Source: Acidobacteriota bacterium (GTDB taxonomy: Bacteria > Acidobacteriota > UBA890 > WLXD01). From it: a stretch of 64,000 nt of DNA. This document shows, one piece after another, positions 29,271-40,887 of the stretch (positions are counted from its first letter, which is position 1; each line of letters begins with the position of its first letter). The translations under genes and the position numbers were made by a program. The notes beneath the pieces were generated by a model that saw only the letters and a program-made list of their open reading frames with translations, made no database searches and was not told the DNA's origin. The stretch is taken from the NCBI GenBank assembly GCA_965248695.1, contig CBDFKD010000002.1:832001-896000 (forward strand), in the 5' to 3' direction.

Positions 29271-30341
29271 TCAATCGTCCGCGCCGCCCCAGATATCCCC
29301 CACCGTAAAACCGTCGGGGAAGGGGTCGTCGTCGTCGACTACGTACTGCGCCGTGCCAGTGATCCACGCGGTACCGCGGATCGTCGGCACGACGGCCTTG
29401 TGCTCACCGAGGGTCGTTTCGCGCACCAGGCGCCCAGTGAACGTCGTGCCGAGAATCCCTTCGTGGACGAAGTCCTGATCCAGCGGCAGCTCGCCCTTGG
29501 CCCACATGGCGACCATTTTGGCGCACGTACCGGTTCCACAGGGCGAGCGGTCGAGCACGCCCTTCCAGGTGCCGGGGCGGTTCCAGTCGAGCTTGCCGCT
29601 GGAGACGATCACGGTGTTCTTGCGATGCGCGCCCGGCACGCTCGGAGGCGCCGACAGCTGGCCGATCGTCACCCCGCGGATGTCCGGATTCACCGGGTGC
29701 ACCGGAGCATCGAGCTGCTCCTGGGTGGCGGCCTTGATCATCTCGCCGACACGCGTGATCTCACCGGCCTCATCGGCCGCCAGCGTCAGCCCCACCTGGT
29801 CGGCGTCGGCGATGACGTAGAACATGCCGCCGTATGCGACGTCAACGACCACCTTGCCGAGCTCCGGAACATCGACCTCGGCATCGAGGTGCACTGCAAA
29901 CGCGGGCACGTTCTCGAAGGTCACCCCCTTCACCTTGCCGCCTTCGACCTCGGCGATCACCTTGATCAGCCCCGCCGGCGACTCCAGCGTCAGCTCGGTG
30001 ATCGGCTCGGTGCAGGGCACCATGCCGGTCTCGATCAGCACGGTAGTCACAGCGATGGTGTTGGTGCCCGACATGCCGGGGTACTCGACCTGCTCCATGA
30101 TCACGTAGCCGGCGGCGGCTCGCGGATCGGTGGCCGGCAAGATCAGGTTGCAGTTGGCTGCCGGATAGCCCCGCGGCTCACGCAGCATGCGCTTGCGGAT
30201 ATGGTCGGCCTCGGTCGACAGGTAGACCATCTTCTCGAACATCGTGTTGCCGGGAACGTCCAGCACCCCGCCGACGATGACGCGGCCGGGCTCGCCGCAC
30301 ACATGGGTATCGACGGCATGGATGACGTTGGAGATTCGCAT
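29271..30341 (-). CDS. Proline racemase family protein (Ser/Cys type)
   Basis: HVCGEPGR, EPRG, MSGT, DVAYGGMFY and DRSPCGTGT motifs. Confidence 0.92.
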   Translation of the reverse strand: MRISNVIHAVDTHVCGEPGRVIVGGVLDVPGNTMFEKMVYLSTEADHIRKRMLREPRGYPAANCNLILPATDPRAAAGYVIMEQVEYPGMSGTNTIAVTTVLIETGMVPCTEPITELTLESPAGLIKVIAEVEGGKVKGVTFENVPAFAVHLDAEVDVPELGKVVVDVAYGGMFYVIADADQVGLTLAADEAGEITRVGEMIKAATQEQLDAPVHPVNPDIRGVTIGQLSAPPSVPGAHRKNTVIVSSGKLDWNRPGTWKGVLDRSPCGTGTCAKMVAMWAKGELPLDQDFVHEGILGTTFTGRLVRETTLGEHKAVVPTIRGTAWITGTAQYVVDDDDPFPDGFTVGDIWGGADD

Positions 30342-30411
30342 CGTTATTCGGTTTCCTGTTTCACGGTTCGTTTCATCGTCTCGAGAGTGGGCTCGGAGCG
30401 TTGCGCGCGTG

Positions 30412-31452
30412 CTAGGCGCCAACCACCGTCTTCATCCAGTCAGCGGTGTTGTGAAAATCAGCGACCACACTGCCGGGCGGCACTAGCTCATCGCACGCCT
30501 GACGCGCCGCGTCGCTGAGCTCCATCTCGAGCACCGGCAGCAGAGGCTCCAGATATTCCATCGTTCGCGGCCCGATCAGCGGCGCGGTGATCCCAGGTTG
30601 GTCTTTGCACCAGAGGATGGCTAGCTGCGCGGCGCTGAGGCCGTCGGATTCGGCGATCTTACTGAACTCGATGCCGACCTCGACGCCTCGACGAGTCACG
30701 CGGTCGGCGTAGAAGCCGCCGCGCAGCGCGGCACGCGACTCGGCCGGGTAGTCGTCGTGGCTCTTGTACCGCCCCGCCAGGACGCCCATCGCCATCGGCG
30801 CCCAGGCAATCAGTCCGACGCCGTGACGCTGGCACATCGGCACGAGCTCGTTCTCGATGCGCCGGTCCAGCAGGTTGTATGGCGGCTGCTCGGAGACGTA
30901 ACGCGCCCAGCCGCGCGCCTTGCTCACGCCGATGGATTCCATGGCCATCCAAGCGGGGTGCGTGGAGCAGCCGATGTAGCGGATCTTGCCCTGCGTCACC
31001 AGGTCGTGAAGTGCTCCCAAGGTCTCGTCGAAGGGAACGTCGGGCGACGGCCGGTGCATCTGATACAGGTCGATGTAGTCGGTGTCTAACCGCTTCAGAG
31101 ACGCTTCACAGGCGCGGATGATGTTGAGCCGCGAGTGCCCGTACTCGTTCGGTCCGACCTGGTCAGGGTAATCCTCCAGCTTCATCCCCACCAGGCGCCG
31201 GCCGTGATCGCACTTGGTGCCAATCAAGACCTGGTGGCGACGACCGCGGCGCTTGAGTATCCGACCCAGAACACGCTCGCCCTCGCCGTCGGCGTAAACA
31301 TCGCCGGTGTCGACCAGGTTGATTCCCGCGTCCATGGCGGTCAGCAGGATGCGCTCGCACTCATCTTCAGGGCTCGGATCCATGAAGTTGTCGGTGCCAA
31401 GCGCCAGCGGTGAGACCTTGGCGCCCGTTCGTCCCAGACTTCGGTAGTCCAT
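30412..31452 (-). CDS. Aldo/keto reductase
   Basis: LGRTG, DTGDVY, SLKRLDTDYIDLYQMH, GKIRYIG and EQPPYNLL motifs. Confidence 0.93.
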   Translation of the reverse strand: MDYRSLGRTGAKVSPLALGTDNFMDPSPEDECERILLTAMDAGINLVDTGDVYADGEGERVLGRILKRRGRRHQVLIGTKCDHGRRLVGMKLEDYPDQVGPNEYGHSRLNIIRACEASLKRLDTDYIDLYQMHRPSPDVPFDETLGALHDLVTQGKIRYIGCSTHPAWMAMESIGVSKARGWARYVSEQPPYNLLDRRIENELVPMCQRHGVGLIAWAPMAMGVLAGRYKSHDDYPAESRAALRGGFYADRVTRRGVEVGIEFSKIAESDGLSAAQLAILWCKDQPGITAPLIGPRTMEYLEPLLPVLEMELSDAARQACDELVPPGSVVADFHNTADWMKTVVGA

Positions 31453-31618
31453 CACTTGTGCCACCGTCGTCCGTTGTTCAGGCCGTCTGCGTGTGGGTAG
31501 GAGCCCGCGCGCGTCGCGGCGTGAATGGCAAAGCTCGCCAGGACTACGGCCGCTTGCTGAAGATCCTCCTCAACAAGCCCGTTGAAGAACTCCAGGTCGT
31601 CCTGGATGAACTGGAAGC

Positions 31619-31893
31619 CGGGACATCTCATTCCACACCAATATGGATGTCTACGACCGAGCGGTTGCCGCCCGGATTCCTCCGACACATTCGCCGCGGA
31701 GAGCGGGACACCGCGGCCTCGTCTCCAAAATGTCTCCATGACTGGGGTCGATCACGAGTGAATCGAGTGGACTCCAGGGGACTCGTTTGGTCGGCGTAAG
31801 GTGTTTGGAACCAAACCCTTGAGGCCGAAAGTCGTGCGCCATCAGTGAGTTAGGGCGTGGCCTCAATTAGGGTTCAATTTCCGCTGCCTCCAC
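31619..31893 (+). mobile_element. Integrative-element scar: integrase tail, arm-like repeats and tmRNA-like att core
   Basis: GH...MDVY remnant; GTCTCCA twice (31721, 31732); GGGTTCAATTTCCGCTGCCTCCAC at 31870-31893. Confidence 0.5.
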
Positions 31894-31981
31894 TTCCAAG
31901 TTGTTCTATTCGTGGAACCGCTGCGTGGTTGAACTCGCCAGGCTCGTCTACTGCCCCGCCGCAGAGTTGCCCGCAGCGCCC

Positions 31982-33775
31982 TCATCGGCGATCGGCGGAC
32001 GACACGCCCGGCAGATCGCCGTGCACCAGCACGCCTTCCATCATCACCGCCGAAGGGTGCAGGTCGGGAATGTCCTTGGGGTCGATCGTGAACAGGTCCT
32101 CGTCGAGCACCACGAGGTCGGCGAGCTTGCCGACCTCGAGGGAGCCGATACGATCCTCCAGGCGGAACGGGTAGGCGCCGTTGATTGTGAACCCGCGCAG
32201 GATCGTATGCATATCGACGCGCTCGGTGGCGGGGGGCAGAGGCGGTCGAGGGCTATCCCCGCCTCGCGGCGGCCGGGGCGGCGACTCGCGCGTGTGGGCG
32301 CCGTGTATGGTCAGAAACGGGCTGATGACCGAAAGGCCCCAATCGTCGCTGGAGAGGGTCACGCGGGCGCCGGCGTCGAACATCGACTTGGCCACGTAGG
32401 TACGCGCCGTGCGTTCCGGGCCCATGCCTCGTGCCCCCGAGCTGCCGGCGTTCACGCCGGCGAACCACCACGCCGTGAAGTTGGCGGAGACGTCGAGCGG
32501 CGCGAAGCGCGGGATGTCGGCGGGATCGATGAGCTGCAGGTGGGACAGGGTGGTGCGGGTGTACAGATCCCCCGCGACCGCAGCCCTGGCCGCCTCCACG
32601 GCGTCGAGGGTGGCACGCACGGCCCAGTCGCCGATGGTGTGCACGTGCAGGTCCAGCTGCGCCTCGTGCAGCTCGAGGATGAAGTCCCGCAGCTCGTCCA
32701 CCGACATCATGGTGTTGCCGGAGGAGCCAGGGTCGTCGACGTAGGGCTCGAGCAAGGCGCCGGAGCGATTGGCGTTGATGCCGTCCATGAACAGCTTGAC
32801 GGTGCGAAACCGCAGACGCTCGCTGCCATACGTCTGCTGTAGCCGCCGCATCTCCTCGACCGCCTCGAAGCGACGCTCGGGAGTGAACACCTGGTAGGTG
32901 CCCTCGTAGCGCAGCGGCAGCTCGCCGGCGCGGTCCAGTCGGGCCAGCAGAGCATATACCTGGTCCTCGTAGCCGAAGTTGCCGCCGTCGTAGACCGTCG
33001 TCACGCCGTTCTCCAACAGCGTCTGCAGGAACGCCACCACGCTCGCCTCGTGCTCTTCACTAACGTCGTCGAACTGCGACGCCAGGTGCTGCCAGCCCGC
33101 ACCCTCCTTGACCCACCCCGTGGGGGCGCCGTCGGCATCGCGGGCGTACATGGCGACCCCGGGCCGCGGATCGGGCGTGCTGGCGTCGACCCCGAGCACC
33201 TCGAGGGCCTTCGAGTTGAGCCAGTAGCTGTGCCAGTAGCCGCTGGCGATCCACAGCGGCCGGTCGGCGACGATGTGGTCGAGGTCGCGTCGGTGCGGCC
33301 CCGTGGCCCCGTCGACGAACGCCTCGTTGGGCCAGCAGCAAAGTCGGATCCACCCCTCTCCCGGATGGCTCTCGACGTAGTTGCGCAGCGATTCGAGGAA
33401 CTCCTCGCGGCTGGAGCCGCTGACGGACCCGTCGTAGTCCTCGAGGTCGATGTAGCCGGGATGCGTGTGCCCGTCGATGAGGCCAGGGAACACGATGCGT
33501 CCGGCCAGATCGACCGTGCGCGTGGCATCGGACACGAAGGCCGCCGCTCCGGCATCGTCCCCCACGTAGGTGAGCTCGCCGTCCGCGACCGCCACCGCGG
33601 TGGCCGCCGGGTTGGCGTCGTCCATCGTCACGATGTGGCCGCCGGTGAGAACCCAGTCGGCGCCGCCGTCCGATCGACCGCCGCTGCCGTCGCCAGGGCC
33701 GCAGCCCGCAATGAGTGCCGTCGCCGCCAGTAAGGCCAGCCGGACGCCGGAGACTTTGTCGGGCTTCTTGGGCAC
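31982..33775 (-). CDS. Amidohydrolase 3 (YtcJ-like) lipoprotein
   Basis: Lipobox IAGC; PGLIDGHTH, KLFMDG, HTIGD and GSLEVGKLAD motifs. Confidence 0.9.
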   Translation of the reverse strand: MPKKPDKVSGVRLALLAATALIAGCGPGDGSGGRSDGGADWVLTGGHIVTMDDANPAATAVAVADGELTYVGDDAGAAAFVSDATRTVDLAGRIVFPGLIDGHTHPGYIDLEDYDGSVSGSSREEFLESLRNYVESHPGEGWIRLCCWPNEAFVDGATGPHRRDLDHIVADRPLWIASGYWHSYWLNSKALEVLGVDASTPDPRPGVAMYARDADGAPTGWVKEGAGWQHLASQFDDVSEEHEASVVAFLQTLLENGVTTVYDGGNFGYEDQVYALLARLDRAGELPLRYEGTYQVFTPERRFEAVEEMRRLQQTYGSERLRFRTVKLFMDGINANRSGALLEPYVDDPGSSGNTMMSVDELRDFILELHEAQLDLHVHTIGDWAVRATLDAVEAARAAVAGDLYTRTTLSHLQLIDPADIPRFAPLDVSANFTAWWFAGVNAGSSGARGMGPERTARTYVAKSMFDAGARVTLSSDDWGLSVISPFLTIHGAHTRESPPRPPRGGDSPRPPLPPATERVDMHTILRGFTINGAYPFRLEDRIGSLEVGKLADLVVLDEDLFTIDPKDIPDLHPSAVMMEGVLVHGDLPGVSSADRR

Positions 33776-33822
33776 GTGCACTCCGTCGTTGGCTAGCAGG
33801 CCGTGGTGGAAGTGTGCCGGGC

Positions 33823-34896
33823 CTAGCGGTGCTCCACGGTCTGTTCCTCGTAGCGGGCGCCGCTCAGCACGTTGGCCATCGAGTAGTTGGCCTCGTGACA
33901 GGCGTACTCGTACAGCAGGTCGTTGAAGCGCTCGAAGGGGACCTCGCCTCCCCAAGGAGCCGAGTACATCGTCGGGTCGTCGATCGTGAACTCATAGTGG
34001 ATGGTGTCCTCGTCGACGCGGGTGAAGCGCTCGATGACTTTGCCCTCCCTCGACGGAGGCACACCGCGCAACGTGGGATCGGGGTTCAGGTTGGTGGTCT
34101 CGACCACCAGCGTGTCGCCTTCCCACCGTCCCCACGAATCGCCGAACCACGGTCGCACGCCGGCAGGCAGCGGCGGGCGCTCGCCGAGACGAATGATGCG
34201 AACGTCGTGGACCATCTCGGTCATGATCATGACGTGGTCCGCCGTCTGCACGATCGTGTAGTTGTTGTTGTACCAGTAGTTCGGCAGCATCGGCGGGCCG
34301 GCGTTCGACCCGAACGAAACCAGGCAGCGCTGCCCGATGTGCAGTAGCTCCGGATGGTCTCGTCGCCCGAACTGGGCGCGAAAATCGCGCCGCGCCTCGA
34401 CGCGTCGCTCGCCTTCTTCGGTGAGAGCTGGCGGCCGGCCGTCAGCCGGGACGGTGATGAGCGAGCTGCGCGGCTCGCTGCCAACGACCGCTACGCTATC
34501 GCCAGGCTCACGGTAGACCTCGTTGTAACAGCCGGTCGCGGTATCGATGCACTCCGGGTCGTCCCCCCCGGCCGGCGGCGGCGGACGGTCGGGATCGCTC
34601 GGGGCTGCGCCTTGCTCGACCGCATTCGCCTGAATCTGCTCGATGGCCAAGACCTGTTGCGGCGTGAGCACGGGTCCCTGTCCCTCCGGCCGCACCATGG
34701 GCGTCAGCGTCGCGTTGGTCCAGTTGCCCTGCAGGTCCGGGTGGCCATCGGGTGTCCTGGGCGCCTCCCACGTCGCAGAGACTGTGGCGGTCTCCTGAGC
34801 GTTCACAGCCCCGAGTGCCATCAACGACGATGTCAGGATCGCCATTGCAGCGATCACCGGCGCGACTCTGAGCCACATACGTCGTTCCGTGCTCAT
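33823..34896 (-). CDS. Conserved secreted hypothetical protein
   Basis: Signal peptide; [32 protein letters not shown] and YEYACHE motifs. Confidence 0.85.
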   Translation of the reverse strand: MSTERRMWLRVAPVIAAMAILTSSLMALGAVNAQETATVSATWEAPRTPDGHPDLQGNWTNATLTPMVRPEGQGPVLTPQQVLAIEQIQANAVEQGAAPSDPDRPPPPAGGDDPECIDTATGCYNEVYREPGDSVAVVGSEPRSSLITVPADGRPPALTEEGERRVEARRDFRAQFGRRDHPELLHIGQRCLVSFGSNAGPPMLPNYWYNNNYTIVQTADHVMIMTEMVHDVRIIRLGERPPLPAGVRPWFGDSWGRWEGDTLVVETTNLNPDPTLRGVPPSREGKVIERFTRVDEDTIHYEFTIDDPTMYSAPWGGEVPFERFNDLLYEYACHEANYSMANVLSGARYEEQTVEHR

Positions 34897-35092
34897 CCGA
34901 ATCTCCTCCAAGCGGACAGCGCTACAGTACAGTACGCCCTGGCAGAACCGCCAAGGGCGACCGGCCCCGGGCACGCGAACTCGTGGCTGCTGCCCGCGCG
35001 GCAAACGACAAACTCGGGCGTTTCTGATGGCTGACGATGCGCAAGCCGATGCACACAGGCTCATCATTGGAGCGCCACCTGCTGTCGGCGTG

Positions 35093-36286
35093 ATGACCCA
35101 CGATCGGCGAGCCTTCCTGCGCTCGACGGCGGCCGGCCTTGTCAGCGCCGTCGTGTTGCCGGAAGGCACGGTCGGCCGCCGGCGGGAAGGGCCGGGTGCC
35201 ACACAGGCGACGTCGTCGGCCGCGTTGAAGCAGACAGACGTGTTCGTTTCCGGTGAGGACGGCTACCACACGTATCGCATTCCGTCCGTAATCCGTGCGC
35301 CATCCGGCGACCTGCTGGCGCTCTGCGAGGGCCGGCGCGACAGCTGGGACGACAGCGGCGACATCGACCTGTTGCTGAAGCGCTCGGTCGACGGCGGCGC
35401 GACGTGGTCAGAGCAGCGGATCATCTGGGACGATGCCGGGAACACCTGCGGCAACCCGCGCCCGATCGTCGACCAGGCCACCGGAACGATCGTGCTGTTG
35501 ATGACCCACAACCTCGGCGTCGATCGGGAGGCCCAGATCATCGCGCGCGAGAGCCGGGGCACGCGCACGGTTTGGGCAGCGCGCAGCATCGACGACGGCC
35601 GCACGTGGACACCGCCGCGCGAGATCACCAGCGCGGTGAAGGTCCTGTCATGGACTTGGTACGCGACCGGGCCCGGGGTCGGCAGCCAGCTCCGGCTCGG
35701 CCCGTACCGCGGTCGCCTCGTGGTGCCGTGCGACCACATCGAGGCCGGAACCGAGCGTTACTTCTCCCACATCATCTACTCCGACGACGGCGGCAGGACC
35801 TGGGCGCTGGGCGGCAGCAGTCCCGTCGATCAGGTGAACGAGTGTCAGGTCGTAGAGCTGTCCGACGGGCGGCTGATGCTGAACATGCGCAACTACGACC
35901 CCAGGCGCACTCATCGCGCCGTCTGCTTCAGCGCTGATGGCGGCGAGTCGTGGTCGGACTTCGCCCACGATCCGACGCTGATGGAGCCGATCTGCCAGGC
36001 AAGCCTGCTCCGCTACGCTTCTGCGGACGAACCGGGTCCCGACCGCCTGCTGTTCTCCAACCCCGCCAGCAGCGCGAAGCGGGTGGCGATGACTGCGCGC
36101 TACAGCCCGGACGGCGGAGTGACGTGGCCGGCCGCGCGTCAGCTTCACGCCGGCCCGTCCGCGTACTCGTGCCTAACTGTCCTGGCGGACGGCACCATCG
36201 GATGCCTCTACGAGCGCGGCGACGAGCACCCCTACGAGCGGATCACGTTCGCGCGGTTCGCTCTCGACTGGCTGCGCGACGCGTAG
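35093..36286 (+). CDS. Sialidase (GH33) with Tat signal
   Basis: DRRAFL signal; YRIP; Asp-boxes [40 protein letters not shown]; AYS and LYE. Confidence 0.93.
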   Translation: MTHDRRAFLRSTAAGLVSAVVLPEGTVGRRREGPGATQATSSAALKQTDVFVSGEDGYHTYRIPSVIRAPSGDLLALCEGRRDSWDDSGDIDLLLKRSVDGGATWSEQRIIWDDAGNTCGNPRPIVDQATGTIVLLMTHNLGVDREAQIIARESRGTRTVWAARSIDDGRTWTPPREITSAVKVLSWTWYATGPGVGSQLRLGPYRGRLVVPCDHIEAGTERYFSHIIYSDDGGRTWALGGSSPVDQVNECQVVELSDGRLMLNMRNYDPRRTHRAVCFSADGGESWSDFAHDPTLMEPICQASLLRYASADEPGPDRLLFSNPASSAKRVAMTARYSPDGGVTWPAARQLHAGPSAYSCLTVLADGTIGCLYERGDEHPYERITFARFALDWLRDA

Positions 36287-38211
36287 GAGATTCCACGCCC
36301 TCTTGAATTACGAGCACGCTCCGCGTGGTCCGCATCCTCCCCCGATGAGACATGAGTTCGCGCAGCGAGAGTAAGAGCGAGCGTCAGCAGGCCCAGGCCC
36401 AACGGCACGAGGACCGCCGCCGTGCTGCGCTCGGGCGGCTCACCGATCGCGACGAAGAGCCCCAGGGCGAGCGCGGACGAAGGTAACCACCATCCCGGAG
36501 CATCGGCGCGTTCGTGGCGGACGTACAGCCACGTTGCAGCCAACAGGACCGACACGCCGAGCCACGCCAACCCCCCCGGTAACGACGATACTCCCGACAC
36601 CGAACCAACCACCGCCATCACGGCAAGCGCCCGATTCGCTTTGCCTCCCGTGTCGCTGCCGATGGCGATAATCGCTGCCAGGAAGAAGGTCGCCATGGCG
36701 AACCATGCGGCGGGGTTCATCTCGGCTGGAAGGAGTCTCGACAGGACGGCGACAACGGCCGCCAGCGGCAATCCCGCCAACAGCACCGGACGCCGGAGCG
36801 CCACGGGAGCCGGCCCGAAGTCCCGCTTCCAGGAACCTCGCCGGGGCCCGTGCAAGCGAATCCGTCCCCAGGCGCAGGTGTGCAGGAGGATGAGCATGCC
36901 GCAGAGCTCCGCACTTTCTTCCGCCACCGCGCGCACGTTGCCGGCATCGGACCAGCGCGACCCGATACCCCAGTAGTTGGCGTGTTCGGTTACCTCGAGC
37001 AGTGGCGGAATCGTCGCGAGCACCGCGAACCCTGCGACCAGCCCCATGGTGGTCCCGCGCAGCGACTCAGTGACCCAGAGACCGCAAAGGCCGACCGCCA
37101 CCAAACCGAGCAGCACCAGGGCGAACGGCAGTAGCGACCACCACGTTCCCCAGCCGATCACCCCATCCATGAACTCGTGCAACGATGCGATCTCATCCGC
37201 AGAGAGCGCGGTGACAACCAGGGCGATGCAGCTCCATCCGAGCCTCGCGCTCGGCCGAAGCTCCGCCAGCGCGGCGCCGCGCGCGCGACCATCGGCAACC
37301 GTATCTGTCGCGGCCGCGACCGCATAGAACGCCGCGAGCAGGAGCAGAACCCCCGACCACCACGCTGCGAGGTTGCCCTCTCCGAGGAGATTGAGGAATT
37401 CCCCCCATCGAGGTGGAAACAGCCTGCGGATCTCATGCTGAAAGAACGTCGTTGTCACAAGCACACCGCAGCCGACCGCAGCGACGACCGTGAGTGCGTC
37501 CGACGTTTTCCGAACGCGCGTCAAGAAGAACGCGCCGGCAAGGCCACCCTTGCGCAAAGCTGCGGGCGTGATCGATGCCCCGATGAGCAACAAAGTCATC
37601 GCCCAACAGGCCAGGCTCACACGCCACAGCGTGACCAAGCGCAGAAACCACGCGTGTCGATCAAGGTCCGCGGTCAGAGGGAACAACCGGTTCCTGTCGA
37701 ACGGGCGCGGGGCGCCCCCCTCCGGAGCCCAATGCACAGCCATCCGAGGCCGATCGTCTGTGCGTCTGAGAGTCACCAGCAGGCGGTGGAATCCCTGGCC
37801 CAACTCGACCGTGCCGGAAGTGGGGGCTCCCCACGTGCCCCGATTCCGAGCCACGCGCTGGCCGTCGATCCGCACGCTGAGCTGCCCGCTGGCGGCCACG
37901 AAGATCTCGTAAACGCCGGAAGTCGGCACGTACCAAAGCCCGCTCCAGCGAATCGTGCGTCGCCCCAACCCGCGAGTGAGCTTGCTGGCGTCCCGCCTGC
38001 CAACCCCCGGTCCGTTGAGCGCAGGCAACGCGACGGTGCCCGACGCGGCGGACATATCGTCCAGGGCGGCACCAGGCAGATAGACATCGTAGCGCAGCCC
38101 GGTCTGCATCCCCAAGCGTGCGTCCAACAACCCCCAGGCGCCCGAGAGCGACAGCGCCACCAGAAGCAGGCCGAGCGTCCAGACGTGTTTCGGCTTCCAG
38201 CCACTGCTCAT
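36232..38211 (-). CDS. Polytopic membrane protein with N-terminal PA14-like domain
   Basis: [18 protein letters not shown]...IDGQRV...LGQGFHRL; many TM segments; [10 protein letters not shown] and EESAELCG motifs. Confidence 0.7.
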   Translation of the reverse strand: MSSGWKPKHVWTLGLLLVALSLSGAWGLLDARLGMQTGLRYDVYLPGAALDDMSAASGTVALPALNGPGVGRRDASKLTRGLGRRTIRWSGLWYVPTSGVYEIFVAASGQLSVRIDGQRVARNRGTWGAPTSGTVELGQGFHRLLVTLRRTDDRPRMAVHWAPEGGAPRPFDRNRLFPLTADLDRHAWFLRLVTLWRVSLACWAMTLLLIGASITPAALRKGGLAGAFFLTRVRKTSDALTVVAAVGCGVLVTTTFFQHEIRRLFPPRWGEFLNLLGEGNLAAWWSGVLLLLAAFYAVAAATDTVADGRARGAALAELRPSARLGWSCIALVVTALSADEIASLHEFMDGVIGWGTWWSLLPFALVLLGLVAVGLCGLWVTESLRGTTMGLVAGFAVLATIPPLLEVTEHANYWGIGSRWSDAGNVRAVAEESAELCGMLILLHTCAWGRIRLHGPRRGSWKRDFGPAPVALRRPVLLAGLPLAAVVAVLSRLLPAEMNPAAWFAMATFFLAAIIAIGSDTGGKANRALAVMAVVGSVSGVSSLPGGLAWLGVSVLLAATWLYVRHERADAPGWWLPSSALALGLFVAIGEPPERSTAAVLVPLGLGLLTLALTLAARTHVSSGEDADHAERARNSRGRGISYASRSQSRANRANVIRS

Positions 38212-38337
38212 CTTGCCGACTGCTCCGCTACGTTGCCGGGGCTGGACGACGGTCGGTGCCCGACTCGAGACGACTTCCCAATCTGCCATCCTGCCAACCG
38301 GACCATCAGCAAGTTACAGGGATCCATCGCGGCAGGT

Positions 38338-38850
38338 TCATTTCCCACCGCCTGAGCTTGGGCATGCTCCCGGCGCCTCCACTAGGGCCGCCCAAACCGC
38401 CGGTCCGAGGGTCATTCTGCGGCGACGCGCACTCTCCCAAGCTGCGCGTGCCTCCTCGGCACGACCGCTGGCGTGCAGAGCGAGCACCCAGGTGCGCTGC
38501 CAATCGAGGCCGTCGGCGCTCTCGCTGCGGACGCTCTCCAACTGGTCGAGGGCAGCGGCCGAGTCACCCGAAGCGAGCAGCGCCCTGGCCAGCCCGACGT
38601 GGGCGCCGAGATCCTCCGGATCGATCTGCAGCGCGGCGCGGTATTCGCGCTCTGCAGCGAGCGCGTCGCCCGCCAGGCGCAGATACTCGTCGCCCAGCTC
38701 CCGGTGCTCTCGACCGTCCGAGAGACGCTTGAAGACGCGAAGATGCTCGACCCCCTCCGGGTCGCCGCGCCGACGCAGGACCGTACCCAGGTCGAAGTGT
38801 CCCTGGACGTTGCGTGGCGCCATCCGCAACAACGTCCGTGCCGCTCCCTC
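38338..38850 (-). pseudogene. TPR protein C-terminal remnant
   Basis: TPR helices AEREYRAALQIDPEDLGAHVGLARAL; begins at the junction with the GntR fragment. Confidence 0.7.
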
Positions 38851-39325
38851 GTTCGTCGAGCATGCGCAGCAATCGATCGTTGCTCGACGCCGCCGACAGC
38901 AGGTAGTGAAACTCGTGGTTTACAGCAATGCCAGCGCCGATGTCTTGCTCCGCGAACGCGGCGCGGTAGCTCCCGTTCACCTCTCGAAGCTCTTCGAGGG
39001 CGGCGTCGTCGAGCGCCGGGAACGATTCCTGTGCCGCCAGCTCCTCCAGCGCGCAGATGATCGGGTAAAACTCCACCAGATCGGCAGCAGATTCCTCGGG
39101 CACGCGGAAGCCGCGATGCGGGATGCGCTCGAGGAACCCCTCGGACGCAAGGCGGCCCAGCGCCTCTCGCACCGGCGTGCGACTGACCTGCAGCCGCTCG
39201 CTCACGTCTTGCTCCCTAATGAACTCACCAGGCGTCAGATTCGCGGCTAGGACGCGATCTCGGAGGATTTGATAGACCTGATCGGTCAGCGTCGCAGTTC
39301 GCAGCAGCGGCCAGGTCTCATTCAC
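38851..39325 (-). pseudogene. GntR/FCD regulator, 3'-truncated
   Basis: VSRTPVREAL; aligns with the 40170 paralog up to MLDE and then diverges. Confidence 0.85.
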
Positions 39326-39404
39326 TAGCTGCTCATAGTGTGTGTGAAATATTGTATGCAGTATTCGATCCGCTCAAATTAGTGACGAAATCCGCATAAG
39401 TAAA

Positions 39405-40022
39405 GGGGCGGCGGCGCGCGCCGGCGATCGAGAGTCGGCTCGCACCCACCAGACGCGATTCCAGGAGCTATCGCGGGCTCGGGATGATGGCGAAGAGCTG
39501 CAGCGGCGCATCGGGCTGCTCCGGGAAGCCACCGCGGAAGCCACCACGGCCGCAGCGGCGGAGGAGGTCGGGATCATTGCCGAGGAACTGGCACAACTGG
39601 CACCCGACGACGCGGATATTCTCCTGGTACAGGCTCGAGTGGCGCTGTCGATGGACGACCTCGGGGCTGGGCTGGATAGGACTGCTCGTGCGATCGAGAT
39701 CTACCCCTCCCACTGGGAGGCTCAATACCTGCGCGGTTTGCTGCTGCACCGCAGCGGCCGGCCCGACGAGGCAGTAGGGTTCCTGGAGCGCGCCGTCGAG
39801 CTCCACTCGATGTACGGCCCCGCCTACGCTGCGCTGGGCAACGCGTTGATGACGCTCCAGAGACCGACGCCAGCACTAGACGCGTACCGGTCGGCGGTGA
39901 TCCTCGAGCCCGCCAACGCGGCTCACTATCTGAACCTCGCAACGGCGTACGGAGCGCTCGGTCAGGCAGAGCTTGAAGCCCGTGCCCTCGCCACCCATCG
40001 CCGATTGCGCGTCGAGCAATAG
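39405..40022 (+). pseudogene. TPR protein C-terminal remnant
   Basis: Frame open well upstream of 39639 without a good start codon; TPR motifs AQYLRGLLL and AYAALGNAL. Confidence 0.65.
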
Positions 40023-40169
40023 GGTCCGACGGTGATCTTGCGCCGGCGGCCGGTGTAACCGATGCTTGTGCCGTGGGTGGTCACAATCGATGCCGGCGCG
40101 CGAGTCGATGAGGCGTAGCTCAACGCCGACCAGGAAGTCGCGTTCACGCCGAAGCCGCGAGGGGCCGCA

Positions 40170-40856
40170 ATGGACGCCGTGTTCAAGGACGCTTGGCCCA
40201 GGCTTGCAACCACGACCCTCACCGACCAGGTTTATACGGTCTTGCGCGACCGAATCCTCGCCGGCCAGGTCGCTCCGGGCGAGTTCATCCGGGAGCAAGA
40301 AGTCAGCGACGCCGCCGGCGTGAGTCGAACGCCGGTAAGAGAGGCCTTGGGGCGACTCGCATCGGAGGGATTCCTCGAACGCATCGCGCACCGCGGCTTT
40401 CGCGTTCCCGAGGAATCGATCACCGATCTGCTGGAGTTGTATCCGATCCTCGGTACGCTCGAGGCCCTCGCTGGTCGCGAATCCTTCCCCCGTCTCGACG
40501 AGGCGGACATCGTCGAGCTGCACGAGATCAACCGCCACTACGCCGCCGCCGCGGAGCGTGAGGACCATCGTGCCGGCATCGATTTGAACGATCGGTTCCA
40601 CCAAATGCTGTCGCGCCGTGCCGAGAACGGCCGCCTCGAATCGATGCTCGACGATCTACGCGCGACGGTGCGCCGACTCGAGACGTGGACGTTCACCAGC
40701 CATCGTCGCGACTGGACCCAATCGATCTCCGACCACAACGAGATCCTCGTGGCCATCGAGGCGGGTGATTTCGACACCGCTGTCGAGACCGTCTGGAGCA
40801 ATCGCCTCATGACCTACCGGAAGTTCCGTAGCGTCATGGCGGCAACACCGGAATAA
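40170..40856 (+). CDS. GntR/FCD transcriptional regulator
   Basis: VSRTPVREAL HTH; NDRFH and DHNEIL FCD motifs. Confidence 0.92.
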   Translation: MDAVFKDAWPRLATTTLTDQVYTVLRDRILAGQVAPGEFIREQEVSDAAGVSRTPVREALGRLASEGFLERIAHRGFRVPEESITDLLELYPILGTLEALAGRESFPRLDEADIVELHEINRHYAAAAEREDHRAGIDLNDRFHQMLSRRAENGRLESMLDDLRATVRRLETWTFTSHRRDWTQSISDHNEILVAIEAGDFDTAVETVWSNRLMTYRKFRSVMAATPE

Positions 40857-40887
40857 CCCGGCCCACGGATCACGAACGTCCGGTCTG

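Noticed and set aside
31870-31893. Intact tRNA or tmRNA gene
   Set aside because: Only a degenerate T-arm/acceptor 3' segment is present, with no matching 5' strand or CCA end
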